From Octopus vulgaris (taxonomy: Eukaryota), in the NCBI GenBank assembly GCA_951406725.2, contig OX597826.1, positions 48,236,001-48,300,000 on the forward strand: a stretch of DNA of 64,000 nucleotides. The letters are read 5' to 3'. Within the stretch, counting starts at the first letter, position 1. Each line of letters opens with the position of its first letter. Under the pieces are notes generated by a model. That model had not been told where the DNA came from. It did not search any database and saw only the letters and a program-made list of their open reading frames with translations. This document shows positions 41,149 through 54,317 of the stretch, piece after piece. Position numbers and translations under genes: made by a program.

Positions 41149-41582
41149 CCATCAACATTGTCATATAACCATTACCATTATCATTTTTCCTCATCATCAT
41201 CATTATCATCATCATCATCATCATCGTCATTGTCATCATCATCACCACCATCATCATCGTCATCATCATCATCGTCATATAACCATTATCATTATCATTT
41301 TCATAATCATCATCATCGCCATCCTTATCATGATTCGTCATCATCATTATCGTCGTCCTTTCCTCCTCATCATCATCGTCGTCGTCATCACTATCATTAT
41401 CATCATCATCATCATCATTATCATTGTCATCATCATCATCACCATCATCATCGTCATCCTCATCATCATTGTCATCATCATCATCATCGCCATCATCATC
41501 GTCATCATCATCATCATCATCATCATATAACCACTACCATTATCATTTTCAACATCATCATTATCATCATCGTCATCGTCAC

Positions 41583-41618
<36 letters not shown>

Positions 41619-41760
41619 TATCATCATCGTCATCATCACCATCATCGTCATCATCATCATCATCATTATCATCATCATCATCATTATCATCATCGTCATC
41701 ATCACCATCATCGTCATCATCATCATCATCATCATCATCCTCATTCTCATCATCAGCATT
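40135..41760. repeat. Two long degenerate (CAT)n fields (40135-40700 and 40975-41760)
   Basis: Read directly; the poly-H, poly-S, poly-I and poly-D ORFs are artefacts. Confidence 0.95.
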
Positions 41761-42369
41761 AAATAAAGCTTGTCTGTCACATCGAAAAAATTTACAAGAT
41801 TTCATTTCATTTCATTTCTTTAAAATTCCAATTCCAAAATTTTTAAGAATTCCACTTGGGTCAACTGTGTTTCTTTTCATCCTTGCGGGATCGATAAGCT
41901 AAGAAGCGCCATATCTGAATTTACTGGAAAGCATGAAGAGGGAGGGCATCGATGCATATTAGAAAATGGTGCAGACACGTGACAACATAAGATATTCTTG
42001 CTATTGTTGTTGTCATTGTCGTCGTCATAGTAGTAGTAGTAATTGTTGTTGTTGTTGTTGTTGTAGTTTTTGTTTTTTCTTTTTCTTCTTCTTAAGCAGG
42101 GCATTGTTATTTATTCAGAAATTACCGCCGCCACTATTATCATGATGATACTAAAATTAGCATGTCAAAGTTTTAAAAAGTGTTTTGTTCTTTGAAAGAT
42201 TTCTAAATTCAAAGAAGTAAAGAAAAAAAAAAGAATGAAAGAAAAGAAAAAAGGGGAAAAAAGACAAGGGGGGAAAAAAAGCAAAAAAAAGAAAATGGAA
42301 CTAGAACTACAATATTGTCTGTTTGAAATATTAATAATAATAATGATAATAATAATGATAATGATGATG

Positions 42370-42416
<47 letters not shown>

Positions 42417-42517
42417 TATAATAATAATGATAATGATAATACCAATAATTATGATAATAAACAAGAAAAATAACTGCAACAATGATAATAATAATAACAA
42501 TGATATGATAATAAGAA

Positions 42518-42592
<75 letters not shown>

Positions 42593-43310
42593 AAGAAGAA
42601 GAAGGGGAACAACAACAACAATAACAACAACAACAACAACAAAATGACAAATGCAACAACAATAACATTAATAATGATAATCATAATGTTAATAAGGTGT
42701 ATGGACAATGCGTTGTTCTATCTCAGGAAATTAAGGCAGCCTTAAATTAGACTTCCTTGTTAAAGAACGCATCAAGAATAATACAAAAAAGCAAAGAAAA
42801 GAAATATCAATAAGTTTCTTTTATTCAAGCAATTAAAAGAAAAATTATTATTGTTATTATTATTTTATATTTATTATTGTATGTGTTTTTGTTGTTATTT
42901 CTTTTTTATTAAACATTCTTTTTTTTTTATTTTTTGGCAGTAGAAAAAAAAATTTATTTGTTTAATAATTAAATTTTTTTCCCCCCCACATATTTTTATA
43001 TTTCGAATATTTTTCATTGTAATTAGGCAGACAGAGAGATATAAAAGAGAAGAAAAAAAAAGATTGTATTGTTGTGATTATTCTCTTTCTCTAAGCTAGA
43101 TAATGATCACTATGATGATGATGGTGGTGGTGGTGGAGATAGTAGCGGTAGTGGTAGTGGTGGTGGTGGAGGTAGCAAGAATGGTGAAGAGACGTTGGGG
43201 AAAGAAATTACAAGACTACAGAAGAAATAGCATAATACTTGTGTCCCAGTGTATGAATAAATAAATGCATAGTCATTTGTAGTATATTGTTGTATGAATG
43301 CACATGTGCA

Positions 43311-43352
<42 letters not shown>

Positions 43353-44051
43353 AAAAAAAAAAAAAAACATACATATATATATTCACATGTACATACATAT
43401 GTGTATACATATCCTTTAAGTTCATTTACGGGAAATGTTTTGAATATACATGTATATCCAGTAAAAAGGAAATTCCTGCTGTATGATAGCTTATGCTAGC
43501 TGATGCCCGTGGAGGAGCTTTGTAAAGCATGCAATAAGGTGATTTTAGATATATATATATATATATGTCCATATATATATATACAGACAGTAGCTCGATT
43601 TTCAAACAACTCTGATCACAAATAAATCGTGGTTTATCTCCTCTCTTACTCATATTCATTTGGCAAGCTTCTTTCAGTTTCCGTCTACCAAATCTATTTG
43701 CAAGGCTTTCATTATTCCAGAGTCATAGAGGAAAATTTTTGATCAAGATACTTCAGAGCAAGACTGAACTTGAAATCAAACGATTATTAAGCTGACTTCA
43801 GACCCTGGCATAAAATCCGAGATTAAAACTCTTGTAAAATTATGGCGGTGCCCCAGCATGGCCACAGCTCGTGAGCTGAAACTAGATAAAATTAAAAAAA
43901 AATTTTTTTTTAATTAAATATATGCATTAATAAACATGTTTTAGAATTTAAATGTCCAAATTCTGAAAATAAACCAAATAGCTAAACTATAGCGTTTTCA
44001 TTAACCAAGAAGCTTGATCAAGTTAATCAACTCATTAGTTTTCACTAATGA

Positions 44052-44583
44052 AGGCACAGGTATGGCTTGTGTTCTAAGAAGTTTGCTTTCCATACTACAG
44101 GGTCCTAGGTTCAGTCCCACTTCATGTTTCTGTGGCAAGTGCCCTCTGCTATAGCATCAGGCTGGCCAAAGCTTCGTGACTGGATTTGATAGACAGAAAC
44201 TAAAAGAAGCCCATCTTCATCATCATCATCATCATCATCCTCAAAATAGATACAGAAGTCTGGTGCCGGCTCCTGCTTGGCCTACTCCTGTAAAACTGTC
44301 ATGTCACATATATATATATATATATATGTATTATTTTATTTTATTGTTTTATTTGTCTGTCATTTGATTGCAGCCATGCTGGAGCACCACCTTGAAAAAT
44401 GTGAAATGCTTCTACATATACAGGCGTAGGAGTGGCTGTATGGTAACTTGCTTACGAACCACATGGTTCCGGGTTCAGTTCCACTGCATGGTAACTTAGG
44501 CATGTATCTTCTACTATAGCCTCGGGCCGATCAAAGCCTTGTGAGTGGATTTGGTAGATGGAAACTGAAAGAAGCCCGTCGTA

Positions 44584-44633
<50 letters not shown>

Positions 44634-45780
44634 GGCAGTGCCCCAGCATGGCCACAGCTCATGAGCTGAAACTAGATAAAATAAGATAAAAATTTTAAAA
44701 AATATGAACATTGTCAATTTAATTTTAATAATTCCATATGTGGCTGAAGAGTGCTCTACATTTTAAAACTGATGTAATACTTACATTGTTTAATTAAATG
44801 AAGTAGCATGAAACGATTGCACTACACTACCTTTGGATATCCTTGTTGCTTACTTTGATTATAATCACCCCATTTGATTTATATGGATAATACCATACCA
44901 AATTCTGGTGCCTTTAACTTAAGTACCATATTCATCAGAATCTAAATTTTTGCTGAACTAATATATATATATATGTATGTGTGTGTATATGTTTGAGTGT
45001 CTGTGTTTGTCCCCCCCCCTCCAACATTGCTTGACAACCAATGCTGGTATGATTATGTCCCCGTAACTAAGCGGTTCGGCAAATGAGACCGATAGAATAA
45101 GTACTCGGCTTACAAAGAATAAGTCCATGTATTCTCTTTTACTCTTTTACTTGTTACAGTCATGTGACTGTGGCCATGCTGGAGCACCACCTTTAGTTGA
45201 GCAAATCGACCCCAGGACTTATTCAGTTTCTGCCTACCAAATCCACTCACAAAGCATTGATTGACCTGAGGCTAAAGTAGAAGATACTTGCCCAAGGTGC
45301 CATACTGTGAAACTGAACCTGGAACCATGTGGTTGGGATGTAAGCTTCTTACCACACTGCTACACCTATGCTTATATGGATTATATAATTATATGATCCA
45401 ATTAGGTTGGATTTTATTTACATAACAGGCATGGCTGTGAGGTAAGAAGTATGCTTTATAATCATATGGATCTGTGTTCAGTCCCACTGGGTGGTATCTT
45501 GAGTGAGTATTTTTCTACCATAGCCTCTGGCCAACCAAATTTTTGTGAGTGGATTTGGTAAATAGAAACTGAAAGAAACCTATATGTGTATATTTGTGTG
45601 TGTTTGTCTCCTACCACCACTCCTTGACCACAAATGTTGGTGTGTTTGTGTCCCTGTAACTTAGCAGTTTGGCAAACGAGACCCAATAGAATTAGTACAA
45701 AGCTTAAAATAAAAATGTACTGCGTTTGATTTGTCCAACCAAAGTCCATTCAGGTGGTACACCAGCATGGCTACAATCTA
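44052..45780. mobile_element. Cluster of family A SINE fragments in both orientations
   Basis: Plus-strand heads at about 44052, 44422 and 45427; a plus-strand 3' part at 44980-45128; a minus-strand copy at 45131-45370; a variant tail GGCCACAGCTCATGAGCTGAAACTAG at about 44650. Confidence 0.8.
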
Positions 45781-46627
45781 ACCCCTTAGCATTTTATGCA
45801 GACGTACCCATTCAAAATATTCTCCCCGTTTCATGTTCAAAATGCCCAGATCCAGACTTTCACACCATCTCTAAATGTCAGTCAAAATATAAACAATTAC
45901 ATCATCGCACACTGGGCAAAACGCTTAGCAGTATTTCATATGTCTTTACATTCTGAGTTCAAATTCCACTGAGGTCAACTTTGCCTTTCATTCTTTTGGG
46001 ATTGATAAAGTAAGTACCAGTTGCATACTGGGGTGGATCTAATCGACTGCTCCTATTCCCCAAAAGTTTCGGGGCCTTGTGCCTATAATAGAAAAAAAAA
46101 TGTGAATATATTGCATTACATTTCATTAAGTATCCTGAATACTAAAAGGGCTTATGACAAAAGCAGGTAAAGGATAGAAGACAGAAGTGTAAAGTGTAAT
46201 GTGAGTATTTATTATCTGTAGCATTGAGATACTGTATAAGAGATAGACATATTAAATATGATTTCCTGTAATTAATAGTTTTAGGACATAGCTTAAGGGA
46301 ACGTAATATTTTCCCTCTTTTTTTATTTAAGGAAAAATGCTGATATTGATTAATAAATTGATTTTAATAAAAGGTATTTTTAGTAATGAGTTCTTTTAAA
46401 TAATGAATAAGAATTTTTTTGTTTGTTTGTGTGTATGTAAGAGAGAGAGAGTGAGAGAAAAAGAGATAAGAATTGTAAGCATAACATATTGTAAGACTGG
46501 CGTTTACACTTGTAGAACAGGCTTTAACCCACAAAATGAGGAATTTATACTTACACACAGACATATACATACATATATAAATATACACAGACATCTTTCT
46601 TTCACTCTCTTTCTGTCTGTTTGTCTG

Positions 46628-46683
<56 letters not shown>

Positions 46684-46686
<3 letters not shown>

Positions 46687-47347
46687 GGTACAGTGAATGA
46701 ATTGTCGTGTAAATTAAGCAAAAATGAAAATAACACTGACATCTCATTTTAACAGCTATATTTACAAAAATTACATAAAAATATCTTGAAATACTAATGA
46801 GTAAATTTATTCAATAAAATCGCCTCTGGCTTCAACCACTGCCTCCAGTCAACTTCGGAATCTTCTGTAACTCTTTTGGATGGTCTCCTTGTTTAAGTTG
46901 GTGAATGCTGCCATAATCCTTGCTTTCAGTTCATCTTTGGTGTTACAAGTTTTGTTGGTCTCTCGCTCAACTGCGCCCCACACATAATAATGAAGGGGGT
47001 TGCAGTCTGGGAAGTTAGTTGGCCAGATGTTAGGGGTTATGTGATCACAGAAATTGTCTGACAGCCATGACTGGGTTCTCCTGCATGTGTGGCACGGTGC
47101 AGAGTCCTGTTGCAAGACATAGGACTCTTCCAGCAGCCACCTTCTTGACCCAGAGCAGCACTACCTCCTCCAGGCACTTGCTGTCGGCTTCTATGTTGAG
47201 TCTGAGGAAGATAAATGGAGGTATAATGTCACCATCACTAGTGATCACTCCAAACACCTTCGCAATCACCATTACACTCATCCAATTCTTTTCAAATACC
47301 CTGCACTGTCCTCACATCGACACCCAAGCACTCTGAAATCTTTGTAT
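46684..47347 (-). mobile_element. Truncated maT (DD37D) transposon, same family as 4650-5510
   Basis: TA-CAGGGTACAGTGAATGAATTGTCG TIR. QQDSAPCH...PDCNPL[H]YYVWG has 37 residues between the second and third catalytic positions; the third position is D in the other copy. Confidence 0.88.
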
Positions 47348-47544
47348 AAATTAGCAGACAACAAGAATGTGCACAAGGAATGCATTAGTTCAATGCTCAG
47401 TAAAATGAAAGAGATTTTGACATTTCAAGCATAGCTCTTCATTAGCAGGGAGAAAGGGAAAAGTCCAAAGAAGGAAAAGAAATCACCAACAGCATGCATG
47501 TGTAGTTACATTGCTGAAAACTATATTCATATATATATATATAT

Positions 47545-47822
47545 ATTTTCGTTTTTGGATTTGGTTTGCAAGATTCTTCATGTGAGTTCGTGTGTTGAAG
47601 CATATTCTGTTGTGTCTGGGGAGAGTCATTTTCTTTTTGTGCCGCCTTATAATCTAACACACTCACTGGTAAAATTGCCACTTATTTCTTATTTTTATTT
47701 TCCTAAAATTTTCATTGCATCTTGCAACCTTTTCAATAAATCTTGAAGACTATTGAAATTTTACCGGTAAGTGTGTTAAATTATAAGGCATAAAAAGAAA
47801 ATGACTCTCCCCAGGCACAACA
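47545..47822. mobile_element. Fold-back Penelope-like element in (TA)n
   Basis: Inverted arms at about 47608-47675 and 47757-47822, with an inner palindrome centred near 47745; hammerhead-like motif at 47703-47739 on the minus strand. Confidence 0.65.
47703..47739 (-). ncRNA. Candidate minimal hammerhead with a U3-A8 variant core
   Basis: TTA-TTGAAAA-G-GTTGCA-AGA-TGCAAT-GAAA-ATT-T-TAG. Confidence 0.45.
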
Positions 47823-47910
47823 ATATATATATATATATATAAAATCAACAGATTAGATCCAAAGATGCTGAGCAGAGAAAACACTTAGTAGCTCTCAAAT
47901 GATTTGAACT

Positions 47911-48278
47911 TCATCATCATCATCATCATCGTTTAACGTCCGTTCTATGCTAGCATGAGTTGGACGGTTCAACCGGGGATCTGGGAAGCCAGAAGGCTGC
48001 ACCAGGCTCCGGTCTTATCTGGCAATGTTTCTACAGCTGGATGCCCTTCCTAACGCCAACCACTCCGTGAGTGTAGTGGGTGCTTTTTACGTGCCACCTG
48101 CACTGGTGCCAGGCGAGGCTAGCATCAGCCACAGTCGGATTGGTGCATTTTACGTGCCACCTGCACGGAAGCCAATCGAGGCGGCACTGGCTTCAGCCAC
48201 GATTCGGATGGTGCTTTTTACGTGCCACCGACACGGAAGCCAGTCGAGGCGGCGCTGGCATCGGCCACGATTCGGATA
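47911..48278 (-). mobile_element. RTE-family 3' UTR fragment with about three repeat units
   Basis: (CAT)n tail and GGATGCCCTTCCTAACGCCAACC, with repeated GGTGCTTTTTACGTGCCACC. Confidence 0.88.
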
Positions 48279-48842
48279 GAACTTATATTCTGAAATTTCC
48301 TAAGAGGAATGAAAGTGGGTAGGTATGGATATAATGATGCAAATAAACAAGCAGAAGCACCTGGGTTTGATATATAAAATATAAATACAGATATACATGT
48401 AAATAGAGAGAAGCAAAACTGAAGATATTCAGATGATGATCATTCATGTATAGACATCGAGATTTTTTTCTTTTTTTTTTCTACTCTAGGCAAATGGCCT
48501 GAAATTTGGTGGGAGGAGGCCGGTTGATTAGATCGACCTCAGTATGCAACTGGTACTTAATTTATCGATCCTGAAAGGATGAAAAGCAAAGTCGACCTCA
48601 GCGGAATTTGAACTCACTAGATATTTATATATTAACAGAACTGATTTACAGAGTACAAAGGCACAGAAAATTAAGGAGAGAAAGTATGGCATTTTAATAC
48701 AAATCTTAATCTTCTTGTATTAAAATTCTTTGAATGTTCATAGATTTCCACTTGTATATCCATGTCTGTGTGTGTGTGTCTGTGTCAGTTTGTCTGTCTG
48801 TCTGGCTGGCTGGCTGGCTGTGTGTGTGTGTGGGTGTGTGTA

Positions 48843-49248
48843 TGCAATGCAGGTGTGAAATTATGGAAATTGTGTAAGATGATCCTAATAAATAAAGACA
48901 AATAAAATATATTTTATCACCTTAAATAGGTTGCTTAATGCTTCTATTATATTTTTGGAAAGCTTTCCTTTATCTTTGGAGAAAGCTTCTCTTTATAAGA
49001 TAGAAAATGATCCAAAAGTTCAGAACAAACATATTATCATCAACCAAACACTTCAGAATGTTCCACCAATAACATCACTTTACTTCAAAGTCTTGGATTA
49101 TTTTTTATCTTATATTTGATAAAGGGAAGCTTTCCCAAAATATAATAGAGGCAGTAAACAACATATGGGAGGTAATCCAGAATATTTTCTTTGTCTTTGT
49201 TTATTGGTATCACTTTATATATTTTTCCTAATTTCTCACCTGCTTTGC
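48843..49248. repeat. Old, diverged long inverted repeat (MITE or fold-back element)
   Basis: Arms at about 48843-49015 and 49090-49248 align in reverse complement, e.g. TCTATTATATTTTTGGAAAGCTTTCCTTTATC against GATAAAGGGAAGCTTTCCCAAAATATAATAGA. Confidence 0.75.
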
Positions 49249-49276
49249 TTGAAGAATTTCTTAAAAATAATTATGT

Positions 49277-49710
49277 AGGCACAGGTATGGCTGTGTGATA
49301 GAAAGTTTGCATCCCAACAACATGGTTCCAGGTTCAGTCCTGTTGGTTGGCACCTTGGGCAAGTATCTTCTATTGTATAGCCTTTGGGCGGGCCAAAACC
49401 TTGTGAGTGGATTTGGTAGACAGAAATTGAAAGAAGTGCATTGAAAATATGTGTGTGTGTGGTGGTGGTGGTGTGGGTTCTTTGTGTATGTGTTTATGTG
49501 TTTGTCTCCCTCACCACTTGACAACTGGTGTTGGTGTGTTTACATCCGTCATCCTTGTAAATTACTGGGTCAGCAAAAGAGGCCACTAGAATGGGTCCCA
49601 GACTTAATGAAAAGATAAGCACTGGGGTTGATTCATTTAACTAAAAATTCTCCAAGGTGGTGTTCCAGCATGGCCACAGTCTAAGGACTGAAACAAGTAA
49701 AGGATAAAAA
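49277..49710 (+). mobile_element. Family A SINE, older copy
   Basis: Full layout, diverged. Confidence 0.85.
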
Positions 49711-50118
49711 TCAAAAATATATCAGTGTGTGTTTGTGTGTATGTGTGCATGTGTGTGTGTACACGTGTGCGTGCCTACACGTGTGTGTACATGTGTGTAT
49801 GTATGTATATATGAGTGTGCGTCTATGTGCTTATGTTTGTGTCTCAACACATGTTAAATACTTGTTGGTTAGTTCATGTCCATAACTTAGCAGTCAAACA
49901 AAGGAGACTGATGGATTAAGTGCCAAACTTAAAAATAAGTGTTCAAGTTTGATTTGGTCGACAAAAATCTTTCAAAGTGATGCTCTAGTATGGCCACCAC
50001 TCAATAACTGAAATTAGTAAAAGAATAATAGAATAACAGAACATCCATGCTGACATTCTTCATCGAGTGAAGCAGGCACATTTCATTTCTTTCCAGCTTT
50101 CACTGTCACTCTGCAATA

Positions 50119-50343
50119 ATGTTGATGATGATGGTGGTAGTGATGGTGGTGGGGGTGGGGGTGGTGGTGAGGAGGTGGACGATGCTAACAACGATGGCAA
50201 TGATGATGACGACGACAGTGATGATGATGGTTGCAACAATGATGAGGTTGTTGTTTATGATGACAACAGTGTCAATGACAATGGTGGTGATGGTGATGAT
50301 CATGATCATCATGATGAGTATGATGATGAGTATGATGATGAGT

Positions 50344-50382
<39 letters not shown>

Positions 50383-50645
50383 CTGATGATGATGATAGTG
50401 ATGATGATGGTGGTGGTGGTGGTGATGGTGGTGATGATGGTGGTGGTGGTGGTGATGATGATGATGATTATGATGATGATGACGACCATGATGACAACGA
50501 TGACCTTGACGATCATCACGATCATCGTGCTGACTACAACGGCGAGTACGACAACGACGAAAACAAGACCAAGAACAAGAAGAATAACAACAACAACAAC
50601 AGCAGCAACGATGAAGATGATAATTATGACAACGATAACAATATG
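50119..50645. repeat. (GAT/GGT/AAC)n low-complexity field
   Basis: Read directly. Confidence 0.95.
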
Positions 50646-51209
50646 ACGGAAGAGGTTTATGAGACAATTAAACATGAGAAGCAGCTATTTTTCTAATTGG
50701 ATTGGTGTATCCAAAGCTGGGTATGTGGAAACCTTAGAGCTACTCCAAGATTATTGATTTGGCTAAATGGAATTATCAGTTGTAAGATATTATCCAACAC
50801 TGATTGAACAAGTTGAAACCAAACAAAATGAGATGATCAAGAGATTCTTGCAGAAAATGACAATGTTATGAAATACGCAGAAGCTGTCAGGGTTTGAAAC
50901 CGAAAACCTATCAAGATTTTTATCATGTCTTCCAGCCAAAACATTTATCAACGATGTTTTTAATGTTGATTCAGTTACAATCTTTGTGTGTGTAATGCAT
51001 TTCTGTGTGTGTTGTGTGTTGTGTGTGTGTGCGTGTTGTGTATTAAAAACTTCTGTAACTACTACAAACATCTACTTATAATTCGATACTAGTAGTGTTA
51101 TGTACCATAATTACATACATACCTACAGTTGATGCATGGAGAACAAAAACAAGGAACCACTAAAGAAAATTGTTTTATACATATTTCACCATCAGAGGAA
51201 ATGATAAAG

Positions 51210-51535
51210 CAATTTATCTTAATTTGTCTCATATTGACGTTCTCATCATTTGGGACTGCAAAGTCAATTATCTGACACTTTCTATTCTCTTCATCTACTA
51301 CTGCTAAATCAGACCTTCTAGCTTCTATCACTCTGTCGGTCTAGATGTTAAAATCCCACAATATCCTATATTTCTTACTTTCTAGCAGTTTGCTAGGTTT
51401 ATGTTCACGCCATTTATCAGTATGGTCAAATCTTAGCTTTCAACACAACATACCTCCCAATGGATTATTCTCCCCTGGTTGTTATGTCTTTTCTTATATT
51501 CTTTCTGTGCCATGATGCTACATTCACTTCCTGTA
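51210..51535 (-). mobile_element. R4/Dong-type LINE fragment (restriction-like endonuclease region)
   Basis: ECSIMAQKEYKKRHN...IIHWE...ILWDFNI*TDRVIEARRSDLAVVDEENRKCQIIDFAVPND: end of the zinc knuckle, RHN, and the RPD...D motif. Confidence 0.85.
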
Positions 51536-51541
51536 TGAATA

Positions 51542-51572
<31 letters not shown>

Positions 51573-51579
51573 TTACTAT

Positions 51580-51752
51580 GCCGGGCGAAATGCTTAGCAG
51601 TATTTCATCTGTCTTTACGTTCTGAGTTCAAATTCCATCGAGGTCAACTTTGCCTTTCATCCATTCGGGGGTCGATAAAATAAATACCAGTTAAACATTG
51701 GGGTTGATGTAATCGACTCTAAAACTGATGGCCTTGTGCCAAAATTTGAAAC

Positions 51753-51807
<55 letters not shown>

Positions 51808-51826
51808 GTTATTATTATTGTTGTTA

Positions 51827-51875
<49 letters not shown>

Positions 51876-52845
51876 AGTGGTGAGCGGGCAGAATAGTTAC
51901 CATGCCAGACAAAATGCTTAATGGTATTTTGCCTGGTGAGCTGGCAGAAACGTTAGCACACCGGGCGAAATGCTTAGCAGTATTTCGTCTGCCGCTATGT
52001 TCTGAGTTCAAATTCCACCGGGGTCGACTTTGCCTTTCATTCTTTCAGGGTCGATAAATTAAATACCAGTTACGCACTGGAGCTGATATAATCGACTTAA
52101 TCTGTTTGTCTGTCCTTGTTTGTTCTCTCTGTGTTTAGCCCCTTGTGGGTAGTAAAGAAATAGGTATTTCATCTGTTGCTATGTCCTGTGTTCAAATTCT
52201 GCCAAGGTCAGCTTTACCTTTCATCCTTTCAGGGTCGATAAAATAAGTACCAGCTAAACACTGGGAGTCGATGAAGATGAATCATCCCCTCTCCCAAAAC
52301 TGTTGCCCTTGTGACAAAATTTGAAGCCATTATTACTGTTATTATTCTGGCAGAATCGTTAGAATGCCTGGTGAAATGCTTAACAAGATTTCATCCGTCT
52401 TCATGCTCTGAGTTTAAATTCCACTGAGGTCGACTTTGCCCCCTTTGGGGTTGATAAAGTAAGTACCAGTTAAACATTGGGGTTGATGTAATCAATTCAT
52501 CCCCTCTTCCAAAAATGCTGTGCTTGTAGCAAAATTTGAAACCATTATTGTTATTATTATTATTATTATTATCATTATTATTATTATTATCATTACTATT
52601 ATTATTATCATCATCATTATCATTATTAGGGTTGCGAGCTGTCAGAATCATTAGCACTCTGGGTGAAATGCTTAGCAGTATTTCGTGTGTCATCACATTC
52701 TTAGTTCAAATGTTGCCAGAGTCGACTTTGCCTTTCATTCTTTCGAGGTCGATAAATTAAGTACCAGTTATGCACTGGGGTCGATGTAATTGACCGGTCC
52801 CCTTCCCAAAAATGTCAGGCCTTGTGCCTATAGTAGAAAGGATTA
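51580..52845 (+). mobile_element. Head-to-tail cluster of about six family B SINE units among (ATT)n tracts
   Basis: Units start at about 51580, 51876 (partial), 51934, 52164, 52347 and 52629, all on the plus strand. Confidence 0.85.
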
Positions 52846-52898
52846 TTATTATTATTATTATTATTATTATTTATATTATCATTATTATTATTATTAAT

Positions 52899-53080
52899 GG
52901 GTTTTTCTTCTTTCAAATTTGCTTCCATTTCTTGCCGAGTGTCTTCCTGACTCCTAGGGCAAAGAAACTCATAGTATACATTGGTAGGCCATTAAACTAA
53001 ACTCACTAGTTCGTTCATTTTTTTTCTTCTTTTTTTTATAGAAATAAAGTTAAATTAAAATACATGGGTAGTAATAGTTC
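52899..53080 (-). mobile_element. Probable R4/Dong LINE 3' terminus
   Basis: Minus strand CCCTAGGAGTCAGGAAGACACTCGG... runs into (TAA)n; resembles Dong 3' UTRs from recall. Confidence 0.5.
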
Positions 53081-53096
53081 TCATTATTATTATTGT

Positions 53097-53333
53097 GTGG
53101 GTGCTGGTGTCACAAAAAAGCACTGATGTTGGTGTCATATAAAATCACTGGAGATGGTGCCACGTAAAAAGTGCCCAGTACCCTTTGTGGAGAGGTTGTT
53201 GTTAGAAAGGGCATCCAGCTGTAGAAATCAAACCAAAGCAGATTATGGAACCGAGTGAGGTTCTTGACCTTGCCAGTTCCTCGCAAGGCATCCAACCCAT
53301 GCCAGCATGGAAAACAGATGTTAAATGTTGATG
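53097..53333 (+). mobile_element. RTE-family 3' UTR fragment, old
   Basis: CACGTAAAAAGTGCC...AAGGGCATCCAGCTGTAGAAA...CCAACCCATGCCAGCATGG...TTAAATG. Confidence 0.8.
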
Positions 53334-53365
53334 ATCAGGACAATATAACATCATCATAATTATTT

Positions 53366-53765
53366 AGGCTGTGTGGTAAGTAGCTTGCTTACCAACCACA
53401 TGGTTCCGGGTTCAGTCCCACTGCGTGGCACTTTGGGCAAGTGTCTTCTACTATAGCCTCGGGCCAACCAAAGCCTTGTGAGTGGATTTGGTAGACAGAA
53501 ACTGAAAGAAGCCTGTCGTGTATATGTATATATATATATGTGTGTATTTATGTATTTGTGTTTGTCCTCCCAACATCGCTTGACAACCGATGCTGGTGTG
53601 TTTGTGTCCCCGTAACTTAGCAGTTCGGCAAAACAGACCGATAGAATAAGTACTAGGCTTACAAAGAATAAGTCCTGGGGTCAATTTGCTCGACTAAAAT
53701 ATGTGCTCCAGCATGGTCACAGTCAAATGACTGAAACAAGTAAAATAGTAAACGAGTAAAGAGTA
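53366..53765 (+). mobile_element. Family A SINE
   Basis: Near full-length copy. Confidence 0.9.
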
Positions 53766-54080
53766 TATCTTATTATTTTTTACTTGTGTCAGCCATTGGA
53801 CTGTGGCCATACTGCAGCACTGTTTTCATATGTTTTTACTTGAACAAAAAAAAAATCCTATACTGTCTTTCTGTTTTGTTTTTTAAAGTGTGGTATTTAT
53901 TCTTCTGGTATCTTTTGCTGAACTGCTAAGTTATGGAGATGTAAACAATCCAATACCAGCTGACAAACAGTGGGGAAGAGACACATACACAAACACACGC
54001 ATAAAGACACATACACACAGACACATATATAAATAGTGAGACTGAATCTGGAACCATGTGGCTGGAAAGCAAACTTCTTA

Positions 54081-54310
54081 TTTCTTTATTGTCCACATGG
54101 GGCCAAACATAGAGGGGACAAACAAGGACAGACAAAGAGATCAAGTCGATTACATCGACCCCAGTATGTAACTGGTACTTAATTTATTGACCCCAAAAGA
54201 ATGAAAGGCAAAGCCAACCTCGGCGAAATTTGAACTCAGAACGTAACGGCAGATGAAGTACCGCTTAGCATTTTGCCCGGCGTGCTAACAATTATGCCAG
54301 CTCACAGCCT
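54081..54310 (-). mobile_element. Family B SINE nested in an old family A copy
   Basis: Collinear with 22000-22229; TCTTA on both sides. Confidence 0.88.
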
Positions 54311-54317
54311 TCTCTTA

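Noticed and set aside
43400-43520. Possible Helitron 3' end (minus strand ...ACGGGCATCAGCTAG) and similarity to 29695-29745
   Set aside because: The subterminal hairpin is not evident and the match is short; too degraded to call.
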